This document shows, piece after piece, positions 1 to 8,490 of a stretch of DNA of 64,000 nt (positions are counted from its first letter, which is position 1; every line of letters begins with the position of its first letter). The position numbers and the translations under genes were made by a program. The stretch lies in NCBI GenBank assembly GCA_000092065.1, contig CP000592.1. The stretch is one strand, 5' to 3'. Below the pieces are notes generated by a model that saw only the letters and a list, made by a program, of their open reading frames with translations, did not search any database and had not been told where the DNA came from. The stretch is from Ostreococcus lucimarinus (lineage: Eukaryota).

Positions 1-470
1 CTCGAGGTTGAAGTCCATGACGGCGCGAGCGCGCGCGCGGGCGTCGAGGAATGACGCGGAATTCGCCCAGAAGCGAGAAGCGCCGGCGACACTTCGACAC
101 GCGCGACGCGCGCGATCGTCGACGCGCGGTCGCGTCGACGCGCGACGACGCGCTCGGGACGCGCGACGATCGCGCGCGCGCGCGAACGCGCGACGCGAGC
201 GAACGACGCGGCGGCGTGCGCGTTTGAGAGATGCGTTTGACTGCGCAACTGTCGGGACATTCGGTGTCGCGCGCGCGCGCGAAATGCGGCGCGCGTGATG
301 CGCGCGAGCGCGCGAGCGCGCGGTGCGTCGGCGCGGGAAGCGGGAGCGCGCGTCTTGGACGCGGGCGAGGCGCTCGATCGACGTCGATGGTCGTCGAGGC
401 GCGAGGGAAGGCGACGGGGCGCGAGGGCGACGCGCCTCGGACGCGCGAACGAGCGCGGAAGGGCTCGCGG

Positions 471-1730
471 ATGGTCATCGCGCGCGCCGCGGGCGAAGGC
501 GTGAAGGTGGAGTCGGTGAAAAAACCGCGATTGCCCGCGCTGGACAGCGTGCGGTTCTTTTTGATCACGTACATCTCGGTCGGGCACTTTATCGCGTGCG
601 CGACGAAGAACGCGCTCGCGCTCGCGGCGTTTTCGCAAGTCAACGTCGTCGTCGGAGCGTTTTTCGTGCTCAGTGGGTACGTCGCGGCGTACACGACGAC
701 GGAGCTGGGCAAGTACGAAGCGCAGACGGGGCGATTACGCCCGACTCCAAAGTATTTCGTCAGTCGCGTGATGGGGTTTTATCCGCTGTACTTTGTCGTC
801 AACTGCGTCTTCGCGCCGATGTTTTTTTATGCGGATTCGTTTTACAACGGGCCGTTGACGGCCGCTGTGCACGGTTTCATGACGTTTACTCTCACCCAAG
901 CGTGGTTCCCCATGCACGCCGAGCTTTGGAACGCGCCGACGTGGTTTTTGAGCGCGTTCACGTTTGCCTTGGCGGCGATGCCGTTCGCGTTGCCGAGCGT
1001 GGCGCGCTTCAAGCGCGAGCACTTGCATTCGGTGTTCAAGGTGCTGATAATCGTGTCTCTCTTGGCGAAGATCGCGTACTCCTACGATCTCAACGCATGG
1101 GGCTTCATGGAAGGCATGATGTCCGCGAAGACGCACCCAAACTGGCTGTACTTTAACTCGGTGCGATTTTCACCCTTCAACGCTTTGATCGACGTCTTAC
1201 TCGGCGCCGTCGCCGCGCGAACCGTCATGGTGGACAGCGCCGAGGGCGAGTCCGTGCCGAAGCAAAACAAACTTTTGGCGTGCTCGGCGACGCCGTTGGT
1301 GGCCATGGTGGCGTTTCTAGCCGCTCGCGCGCTCGGCGTCGTCGCAGTCAACGACGCGTTATCGAGGACAATTTTCACCGTTTTGTTCTCCGCGTTCGCC
1401 GTCAACGTACACCGAGAGACGGTGCGCGAGGGCGGTGAGGGGTCTTTGGTCTCGAAGATTCTTTCGCTAAAACCTTTGGTGTACCTCGGAACGATTTCGT
1501 TCCCGATTTACATCTTACACGGTCCCATCGGTCAGGTGTTTTACAAGCGCGTCGTGGCGACGAAACTCTTCGGCAAGGTTTTCACCCAGTACCCGCAATT
1601 TTTCCCAATCTACCTCCTCATCGTTCTCGTCGCCGCCATGCTGACGCACGAGTTTTTCATTAAGAATAAAAAAGTGCAAGAGCTCAGTAAAGCGGTGAGC
1701 GACAAAGCCACGGCGGCGTTGACGGATTAA
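471..1730 (+). CDS. Acyltransferase family 3 (OafA-like) integral membrane protein
   Basis: ORF 231..1730. The motif LDSVRFFLITYISVGHF matches the N-terminal Acyltransferase_3 signature (LDGLRG..A..V...H). At least 8 hydrophobic helices follow. The first ~80 codons of the ORF are Arg/Ala low-complexity read-through of the CG-rich spacer, so the start is placed at Met471; Met387 and Met231 are alternatives. Confidence 0.6.
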   Translation: MVIARAAGEGVKVESVKKPRLPALDSVRFFLITYISVGHFIACATKNALALAAFSQVNVVVGAFFVLSGYVAAYTTTELGKYEAQTGRLRPTPKYFVSRVMGFYPLYFVVNCVFAPMFFYADSFYNGPLTAAVHGFMTFTLTQAWFPMHAELWNAPTWFLSAFTFALAAMPFALPSVARFKREHLHSVFKVLIIVSLLAKIAYSYDLNAWGFMEGMMSAKTHPNWLYFNSVRFSPFNALIDVLLGAVAARTVMVDSAEGESVPKQNKLLACSATPLVAMVAFLAARALGVVAVNDALSRTIFTVLFSAFAVNVHRETVREGGEGSLVSKILSLKPLVYLGTISFPIYILHGPIGQVFYKRVVATKLFGKVFTQYPQFFPIYLLIVLVAAMLTHEFFIKNKKVQELSKAVSDKATAALTD

Positions 1731-1931
1731 CGGCGAAAATCGTGTAAAACAATTTATCGAGACGACTTTTGTCTTTCATAAAAACGCTATCACCTCTTTT
1801 TTATATGCCTAGAGTGTTTCTTATCGGTTTCAAGCGAACGCGATCTAACGCGAACGCTCCCCCGGGTCTCACGACGCCCTCAAAGAGCGCGCTGACCAGC
1901 ACCCACGTCAACTTCGTCGCGAGGACGAAAT

Positions 1932-2477
1932 TTATTCTTCCTCGTTGTCGTCCGCGATGTTGAAGTATCTCAACTCGTACACGTTGCGTTCCTTGTTGGA
2001 CGCAATCACGCGCAACCAATCACGAACGTTGTGCTTCTTGAGGTACTTCTTCGTGAGGTACTTCATGTAGCGCTTGCTCATCGCGACTTCGCTCGTCACC
2101 GTCACCTTCGTCTTGTCGCTCGACACGCTCACCGCCTCGCCGAGCGCGCCCGCCTTACCACCAACCTTGATACGATCGGTGAGGAACGCGGTGAACGAAC
2201 CAATCTCCATAATCTTGTCCTCGACCTATTCGCATCAAAGAATATCGCATCGTCAGTCATCGTCCCTCGTCGTCGTCTCGAGTCGCGCGTTCGCCGCTCG
2301 CCCTGTATTTTAGGGTTTCACACGCACCGGCTTCGCGCAGTCGATGACAAAGGTGGAAACCTTCTTCTTCGTGTCTACGCCCGCGAAAACATCCCACGCA
2401 TCGTCAGTCGTCTCTCCAACTCGCTTCACTCGCGCGCATCCGCGTTCCCACGACGCGCGGCGGCGACGACGATCCAT
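1932..2477 (-). CDS. RPL22: 60S ribosomal protein L22e, two exons: exon 2 at 1932..2225, exon 1 ending at 2328, intron 2226..2327 (GTGCGT...AATAG); 5' end uncertain
   Basis: The ORF 1932..2210 product (...[16 protein letters not shown]...[43 protein letters not shown]) is a near-textbook eL22 C-terminus. The upstream minus-strand frame encodes [15 protein letters not shown], and splicing CCG|GTGCGT to aatag|GTCGAGGAC restores the conserved ...LDC..PVEDxIMD... junction. Exon 1 may begin at Met2477, or a further upstream exon may exist. Confidence 0.8.
2310..2318 (-). promoter_or_regulatory. Telo-box-like element (AAACCCTAA on the minus strand) just inside the RPL22 first intron
   Basis: Plus-strand TTAGGGTTT at 2310..2318 is AAACCCTAA on the gene strand, 9-10 nt downstream of the proposed GT donor. 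Telo-boxes are characteristic cis-elements of plant ribosomal-protein and translation genes (established knowledge); function here is inferred. Confidence 0.35.
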
Positions 2478-2808
2478 CCCGCCGATCGACCCATCGCGCG
2501 TCGGTCGCGCCCGCGCGCCGTTTCTCGACGCCGCGCCGCGCCGTCGTCGCGTTCGACGCGCCGTCGTCGCGGCGAGAATATCGTTCGCACCTTTCGGGGC
2601 CATGATGTCGTCGACGGGCGCTGTCGCGCGCTTCAAAGAGGCGTCGCGCGACGGCGCGGTCGCCGCGGTCGATGCGTCTGTCGTCCGTGTGTGACTCGAG
2701 ACCGCACCGGACCAATCAACCACCGCGCGCGCCTCGGCGCCGCGCGCGTTCCCTCACACGACGACGCCGACGCGCGCGCGATGGACGCGGCGACGGACGC
2801 GGACGCGG

Positions 2809-3099
2809 GTGCGATCGATCGACGCGACGCGCGCGCGCGGGCGAACGCGCGAACGCGCGAACGAACGACTGACGGCTGACACGTCGTCGACGACAGAGCG
2901 CCCGCCGCCGAGCCAAGACGCGCAGGACGCGCGCGATGAGGCCTCGGCGAAGGTGTACCTCGAAACTCACGTCACGAGCGTCCTGCACGACGCCCTGGTG
3001 GCGCTCAACGCCGCGCGCCCGGCGGACCCGCTCGCGTGGCTCGGCGAGTACCTCTTAAAAGAATCCGCCGCGCGAAAGGCGAAAGCCGACGCCGCGTGA
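2809..3099 (+). CDS. Small Dpy-30 motif protein (RIIa-like dimerisation/docking domain)
   Basis: ORF 96 aa. C-terminal YLETHVTSVLHDALVALNAARPADPLAWLGEYLLKES fits the Dpy-30 motif (..L.....RP.DPi.fLa.yLl). N-terminus is low complexity; start uncertain. Confidence 0.5.
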   Translation: MRSIDATRARGRTRERANERLTADTSSTTERPPPSQDAQDARDEASAKVYLETHVTSVLHDALVALNAARPADPLAWLGEYLLKESAARKAKADAA

Positions 3100-3341
3100 G
3101 CGCGCGTAGTGAGTGTAACGCACATCGCATCGAATTGAATGGCAAAATGGAAAAATGGAAACCTGTCCACGACGGGGCGTCCATACTACCGGGACGGGGC
3201 GTCCCGCATGCGCGGCGAAAAAAAGTGCGCTCGGACTCGCGAGCGCGCGCGAGCGTCGTCAGCGCGCGGACGTACCGCTTCGGCGCGATGTCAACGACAA
3301 CCGTTCGCCCAAAAAAAAGATGCGTTTAGATGTCCACTAGA

Positions 3342-3442
3342 TGTCCACGACGGGGCTCGAACCCGCGGCCTTTTGATGACTCGCGCGTCGCTCGCGCGCT
3401 TCGCGTAGAAGTCAAACTATCTTCCAACTGATATACGTGGAC
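3342..3442 (-). tRNA. tRNA-Arg (anticodon TCT) with a ~28-nt intron 3' of position 37
   Basis: Minus-strand read folds as acceptor GTCCACG / D-arm TATC-AGTTGGAA-GATA / anticodon stem TTTGA / loop CTTCTA / [intron CGCGAAGCGCGCGAGCGACGCGCGAGTC] / A-TCAAA / AGGCC / T-arm GCGGG-TTCGAGC-CCCGT / CGTGGAC-A. All stems pair; U33 and purine-37 are present; the T-loop matches the B-box GGTTCGANNCC. Confidence 0.65.
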
Positions 3443-3445
3443 CGA

Positions 3446-3530
3446 CCTGGGGATTGAACCCGTATCAAACAGAACGTCGACCTAGGTAATTTTACCCAAA
3501 GCCGAGTCGCGATAACCGACGCGGGGCGTT
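3446..3530 (-). pseudogene. tRNA-like remnant (T-arm/B-box-like GGGTTCAATCCCC) immediately upstream of tRNA-Arg; no complete cloverleaf
   Basis: Minus strand contains ...GATACGGGTTCAATCCCCAGGTCGG... resembling a T-arm, but its T-stem makes only 3 bp and I could not find a matching acceptor or D-arm. A further copy of the tRNA 3' end (TGTCCACGACGGGG) lies at 3163..3176. Confidence 0.3.
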
Positions 3531-3731
3531 TTCGGTTTATGTACGACGGCGTCGGCGCGCGTCGCGCGCGCGACGCGCGCGCGCGCTCGACACCCGTCGA
3601 CGCGCGGTCGACGCGCGCGCGCGCGACCGAAGCGACGCGTCGCGCGCGAGACAGAAGCGACGACTCGCGCGCGCGGTCGATCTCGAAACCGTCGAAGCGC
3701 GTCGAATCGAATCGAATCGAACGAGACAACG

Positions 3732-5024
3732 ATGGGTGTTGACGCGTCCGACGACGCGACGTCGCGCGCGCGACGCGTCTCGACGACGTCGACGAGCGAG
3801 CGACGCGGGACGGTGATGATGTCCATCGCGGTGATGGCGGTGTCGAGCCTGATGACGCTCGGGATCAAACGAGGGGTCGAGGGACGGGGATCTTCCGCGT
3901 TCGCGACGCCGTTCAAAGCCGCGCTCGGGCAGCGGATGAAGCACTCGACGTGGGACGAAAGTAATCAGCACGACGGTGGGAACGCCGCGGACGATGGATT
4001 TGTGTCGTACGAGCAACAGCGAGATTTCGAAGGACGCGAGTGGGCGTGGGAAAAGAGGATATCTTGCGATGGTCACGAGGCGTTGGATTTCGACGTCGAC
4101 GCCGTCGAGGAGGGGCGCAAGGCGCTTTGGCGGAACGCGTCGTTTTCGTTCCAGTTTTGGCGCACGCCTCGCTCGCGACACTTTCAGCTGTACGAGCAAG
4201 AAAACATACGCAATGCATTTTGCAAGGCGGGACAGTATCAGGTGAACATCGTGACGATGATGGACCACGCGGATTCGTGCGAGTTCGCGCGCGCGCACTA
4301 CGACAAGGGCGCCGAACAGTTTCCCAAGGATGCAAGTCAACATCTCGGGCGGGGCGCGTTTTATTGCGCCACTCGATCGATTTCGAATTTCCCTTACAAA
4401 CTCATGGCGGTATGCGGCGCTCGATCGATGATAGAGTTCAATCGCGTGGAGAACCTTGCCGCCGCCGTAAGGGGTGGCCAGTCCAACGCCGATTACAGCT
4501 TTCTGAACGCCTACTACGCCGACCCCGAGGATTTCGAAATCTCTTTGATTAATCATCGCATTTTCGACCCACAATTGAATCGCGCGTATCCTACGCAATT
4601 CCGTATGGGTTGTTACAAAGATGGCGCGGTCCGGCGTGCCAATAATTGTCAAGACGGAACGGCGTTTGAGCCGCGGCGCGTCATCTCAACGCGTCTGATG
4701 GGCGGCACGGTGGCTGCCGTTGTGAAGATTGGCTACGGTTATAGTCATTTGACCCGTCGCTGGGTTCCTCTTCAAGGTCAAGGCGAGCGTTGGTCGCTCG
4801 ATGACGATGGACTGGTGGTGGAGAGAAGGAGAAAGAGGGCGAAAGGGTGCGTATGCCCGAGCGACGAGGAAGCCATGACGCAAATGGCGCACCACGATGC
4901 TTTCAAGCATTTTCTCGCTTTTGAGGAAAACGCTGACCGAACCATAGGCACAACGAAAATGCACGAGTACGGCTCGTGTCATTGGGTAGACTTCGGACGA
5001 ACGAAGAGGAAACTCGTGGATTGA
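3732..5024 (+). CDS. Hypothetical type II membrane protein: short N-terminus, one TM (SIAVMAVSSLMTLGI), ~380-aa lumenal/extracellular domain; possibly glycosyltransferase-like
   Basis: Clean 430-aa ORF with no convincing antisense alternative. Body composition is visibly lower GC than the neighbouring genes. No family recognised by eye. Confidence 0.45.
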   Translation: MGVDASDDATSRARRVSTTSTSERRGTVMMSIAVMAVSSLMTLGIKRGVEGRGSSAFATPFKAALGQRMKHSTWDESNQHDGGNAADDGFVSYEQQRDFEGREWAWEKRISCDGHEALDFDVDAVEEGRKALWRNASFSFQFWRTPRSRHFQLYEQENIRNAFCKAGQYQVNIVTMMDHADSCEFARAHYDKGAEQFPKDASQHLGRGAFYCATRSISNFPYKLMAVCGARSMIEFNRVENLAAAVRGGQSNADYSFLNAYYADPEDFEISLINHRIFDPQLNRAYPTQFRMGCYKDGAVRRANNCQDGTAFEPRRVISTRLMGGTVAAVVKIGYGYSHLTRRWVPLQGQGERWSLDDDGLVVERRRKRAKGCVCPSDEEAMTQMAHHDAFKHFLAFEENADRTIGTTKMHEYGSCHWVDFGRTKRKLVD

Positions 5025-5062
5025 TTTTAGCCGTAGGTAGTATTAATGAAATTTCGATGTTG

Positions 5063-8000
5063 TCACCCAGTGTTTTGCATCCCGGCTGCGATGCCCTTCA
5101 TCGTGATTTTTAAAACGTCGTTCACCGCGCCCTTGTAATTGTAATCTTGGAACGGGTAACCCTCGAGCAAGGTGATCTTGACTTTTTGCATGCTTAGCTT
5201 ATCGCCATCTTCTTCATTTTCAAGCGCGCGAGCGGCGATGAGATATCGCACTTGACACACGTTGAGCGGCGTGATGTACAGCGACCGCTTGTGAAGTTTG
5301 TGAGCGAGCTTTTTATGCACCTGAACCGCCTCGTTCGCCTCGACTTTTTCTGGTTTGGCGAGCAAACCGATATGCTCGGAGACGGCGAGGATGCAATCGA
5401 TGCTTTCTTGAAGCTCGCCGCGCAGACTGGCGCCGAAGTCGTGCAATTTTGGATCGACAAGGGCTCTTTCGTAATACGCCACGACGACGGGATCCGCCTT
5501 GGCGAGCACCATCTCCACTAAATCGATCGTCACCTCAAAGAAAGGCCAACTTTTGTACATGTCCCTCAGCGTTTCCAGTTCGCCTTCGTCGATCAAGCGT
5601 CTGAATGATGTGGAAATTCCGAGCCAGACTGGCAAGTGGAATCGCGACTGCGTCCACGCGAAAATCCACGGAATTGCTCGAAGAGCGGTGACGCCCGCAC
5701 TCGGTTTACGCTTGGCCGGTCGAGAACCGATGTTGAGCGATCCAAGCTCGGCTCCAGGCGTGGCCTGTGCAAAGTATCCGACGAAATCAGGGGTTTCGAA
5801 CACAGTCTTACGATAATGCGCGCATGAGTATTCGCTCATTCTATCCATGACTCGGCGCCATTCATCGCGAGGATGCGCCGGCGGCTTCAACGTGTGCTCC
5901 AGAACGGACGCCGTGTACAAATCCAGAGTGTGAAAACAGTTTTCTTTTTCACCGAAGTCGGTTTCGATCACTTCTCCTTGCACGGTGACTCTGATGCTAC
6001 CATTCACAGTGCCTGGAGGCTGAGACAACATGGCAATGTGCGCTGGACCTCCCCCGCGACCTACGGTGCCTCCGCGACCGTGAAACAGGGTGAGCGCAAC
6101 GTCAAACTCCTTCCCTGCCGCCACGACGCGTTCTTGACCATCGTACAGCGCCCATGCTGCAGCCATGCGACCAGCGTCTTTTCCACTATCCGAATACCCG
6201 ATCATAACCTCTTGGAATCCCGCGATGTGGTCGTGATACCACTTCACGGAGAAGAGCTGGCGCAACACGCGCGGGGCGTCGTTCAGATCGTCGAGTCGCT
6301 CAAAGAGCGGTGCAACGCGAAGAAGATCCTGTTTGCGACAGCCACACTCGCGCTGTAATAATACAACTGCCAAAACATCGCTGGCACTTGTCGCCATGGA
6401 TATAACGTACGTTCCGAGGGCACCCGGGCACGTTTGTTGCAAGTGCGCAATCATCTTACACGTGTCCAGGACTTCTCGAACGTCGTCCGAGCATTCGAGG
6501 TCGGAAGGTAAAAGTGGCCGCTTGCTCTCAAGCTCGCGTGTCAGGAACTCAATTTTCTGTTCCTCACTCCATTCGAGGTACGATCCGAGGCCGATGTACC
6601 TGGTCACCGCGTCCAAAGCCTCGGCGTGGCGATCAGATTCTTGCCGGATATCGAGTTTGACCAGCCCCAACCCAAAGCACTGCACTTGGCGAATGACGTC
6701 GAGAAGATAGGCGTTGGCAATTTGAGCGTCACCGACTTCGATGAGAGACTCGTAGCACACCACCAAGGGTGCGAACAGTTCGTCCTTGGAACGAATGATA
6801 GTCTCGTCGTTCATGTCGATGTTGACGTCGTTGTCCGCGATGCAACGCTGCAACGCCTCTCGCGTGTTGTAAAGCTTGTCTCGAAGTTCAGCCAAGATGA
6901 CGCGGTAAGGCTCGTGCTCGGGAATGGCCTTCCAAAAGTCATCGTAGTTTCGCTTCTTGCGCTCTTCGAAGATCGTAAAGTTGTCCGTTTCCGAGTTCTC
7001 CAAGATGTCCTTTGCCAACGCCTTGACGGCGTCGTTGCATCGCCACATGGACAAATCGAAAATCAGACGCTGAATCGCTCGGAAGAGTAGGTTAACCCCT
7101 TGCACACGGGCCAAGAGAACGACGTCGCGCGTACATGATGCCGTGACGTATGGGTTGCCGTCACGATCACCACCCATCCACGACCCGAACGTAACGATGG
7201 ATCTGTCGAGCGGCAAACGAGGGCATCCGTTTGCCAAGAGCGACGTGTCCACGCGACGCATGAAAGTTGGGATGCCATCCCAGATGGTTTGCTGAAAGTA
7301 CGTCAGACCCGCGCGCATTTCGTCTTGAGGCTTCGGTGGCGTGCGGCGGATCTCATCTGTGCGCCACGCCGAGGCGACCTTCGATCGAATCTCGTCCAAA
7401 ACTTCTGCACGCTCGTATCGCGAAAGGCGAAATCGTTGCAGCTGCAACAGCTTTTCACGAATTATTCCGAAAGATTTCAACATCGACCGTCTCAAGGCTT
7501 GCGTGGGGTGGGCGGTGAGCACTAAATCAACGTGCTGCACCGCTAAAGCGCTGTAGATTTCCTCCGTCGACTTCCCGGCTCGAAGCAAACCTTTAATCGC
7601 GCCGTTCGTCGTCTTTGCCGGCCCTCGCGGAATATCGTCCAAACGTCTGTGTCTTTCCTCCATCGCGTTCGCCACTTGCTCGGAAATATTGTGCAGATTC
7701 AACAGATTCGAGTACGCCGACGCGAACTGCAACGATTCATCCACTTCCATCGTCTCCAACATCGCCTGCATCGCGTCGAAATCCTTCGGGTCGTGCGAGC
7801 TGCCAAACTTTTCGCTCGCCTCGTACACGCTCTTCAACTGCCCCAAAAACTTATCTCCCGCCGTCTCCCTCACCACGGCGAAGAAGATCGTCCGAAGCAG
7901 TTCATCACACTCCTCAATCACGTCGTGCGCGTTGAACTCCTTCGTCTCTCCCCTACCGCTCAGATAACTCGACGACCGCGCCAGGGCGTCCAGCGCCTCG

Positions 8001-8086
8001 CCCTCCTCGCTCGCGAACAACGACCCCGTCCGTTTATGCGACGTTATCTTCGCCTTATCCTTCCCACTGAACACCGCCTTCAACAT
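5063..8086 (-). CDS. PPC: Phosphoenolpyruvate carboxylase
   Basis: Contains PEPC signatures VLTAHPTQ, GYSDSGKDAGR and FHGRGGTVGRGGGP, and the canonical C-terminus ...GIAAGMQNTG. ORF 5063..8374; the first 96 codons are Arg-rich spacer read-through, so the start is set at Met8086 (MLKAVFSG...). Confidence 0.9.
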   Translation of the reverse strand: MLKAVFSGKDKAKITSHKRTGSLFASEEGEALDALARSSSYLSGRGETKEFNAHDVIEECDELLRTIFFAVVRETAGDKFLGQLKSVYEASEKFGSSHDPKDFDAMQAMLETMEVDESLQFASAYSNLLNLHNISEQVANAMEERHRRLDDIPRGPAKTTNGAIKGLLRAGKSTEEIYSALAVQHVDLVLTAHPTQALRRSMLKSFGIIREKLLQLQRFRLSRYERAEVLDEIRSKVASAWRTDEIRRTPPKPQDEMRAGLTYFQQTIWDGIPTFMRRVDTSLLANGCPRLPLDRSIVTFGSWMGGDRDGNPYVTASCTRDVVLLARVQGVNLLFRAIQRLIFDLSMWRCNDAVKALAKDILENSETDNFTIFEERKKRNYDDFWKAIPEHEPYRVILAELRDKLYNTREALQRCIADNDVNIDMNDETIIRSKDELFAPLVVCYESLIEVGDAQIANAYLLDVIRQVQCFGLGLVKLDIRQESDRHAEALDAVTRYIGLGSYLEWSEEQKIEFLTRELESKRPLLPSDLECSDDVREVLDTCKMIAHLQQTCPGALGTYVISMATSASDVLAVVLLQRECGCRKQDLLRVAPLFERLDDLNDAPRVLRQLFSVKWYHDHIAGFQEVMIGYSDSGKDAGRMAAAWALYDGQERVVAAGKEFDVALTLFHGRGGTVGRGGGPAHIAMLSQPPGTVNGSIRVTVQGEVIETDFGEKENCFHTLDLYTASVLEHTLKPPAHPRDEWRRVMDRMSEYSCAHYRKTVFETPDFVGYFAQATPGAELGSLNIGSRPAKRKPSAGVTALRAIPWIFAWTQSRFHLPVWLGISTSFRRLIDEGELETLRDMYKSWPFFEVTIDLVEMVLAKADPVVVAYYERALVDPKLHDFGASLRGELQESIDCILAVSEHIGLLAKPEKVEANEAVQVHKKLAHKLHKRSLYITPLNVCQVRYLIAARALENEEDGDKLSMQKVKITLLEGYPFQDYNYKGAVNDVLKITMKGIAAGMQNTG

Positions 8087-8490
8087 CGCGCGTTTCTTTA
8101 TCGCCTCCCTCGTCTCCGGTATCGCTCGCGCGTCGTCCCTCGCGCTCGGCGCGTCGTCCCTCGCCGTCCGAAGTCCCGCCTTCGCGTCGTTCGGTCCCTC
8201 GCGTTCGCGTCTCTTTCCTTTCCTTCGCCCGTCGCTTTCTCGCTCGTTCGGTCGTCCGTCGTTCGGTGCGTCGCGCGCGTCCGTCACCGGTCGCGCGTCG
8301 CGTCGAAGCGCGTCGCCGCGCCGTCGTGTGCGCGCGATCGTCGGCGGTTGGCGTCGGCGGGCGCGCTCGCACACGCGGGTGTTTTCTAGGGTCTAGGGCA
8401 TCGCGCTGGGCGTCCCGCCGCGGCGCGCGTGGACGACGCGGCGGAGCGCGACGCGACGACGACGACGACGACGCGACGACGACGACGGTG
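8087..8490. promoter_or_regulatory. Putative bidirectional promoter between PEPC (-) and argininosuccinate lyase (+)
   Basis: Head-to-head genes about 400 bp apart. Spacer is CG-rich with (GACGAC)n and GCGCGACG motifs. Inference only. Confidence 0.35.

Noticed and set aside
323-1405. Several ORFs (323..1156 +, 735..1136 -, 842..1039 -, 1082..1405 -) overlapping the acyltransferase gene
   Set aside because: They are alternative-frame or antisense read-throughs of a GC-rich gene. Their products are Arg/Ala/His low complexity with no TM or domain signal, while the 231..1730 frame encodes a coherent multi-TM protein.
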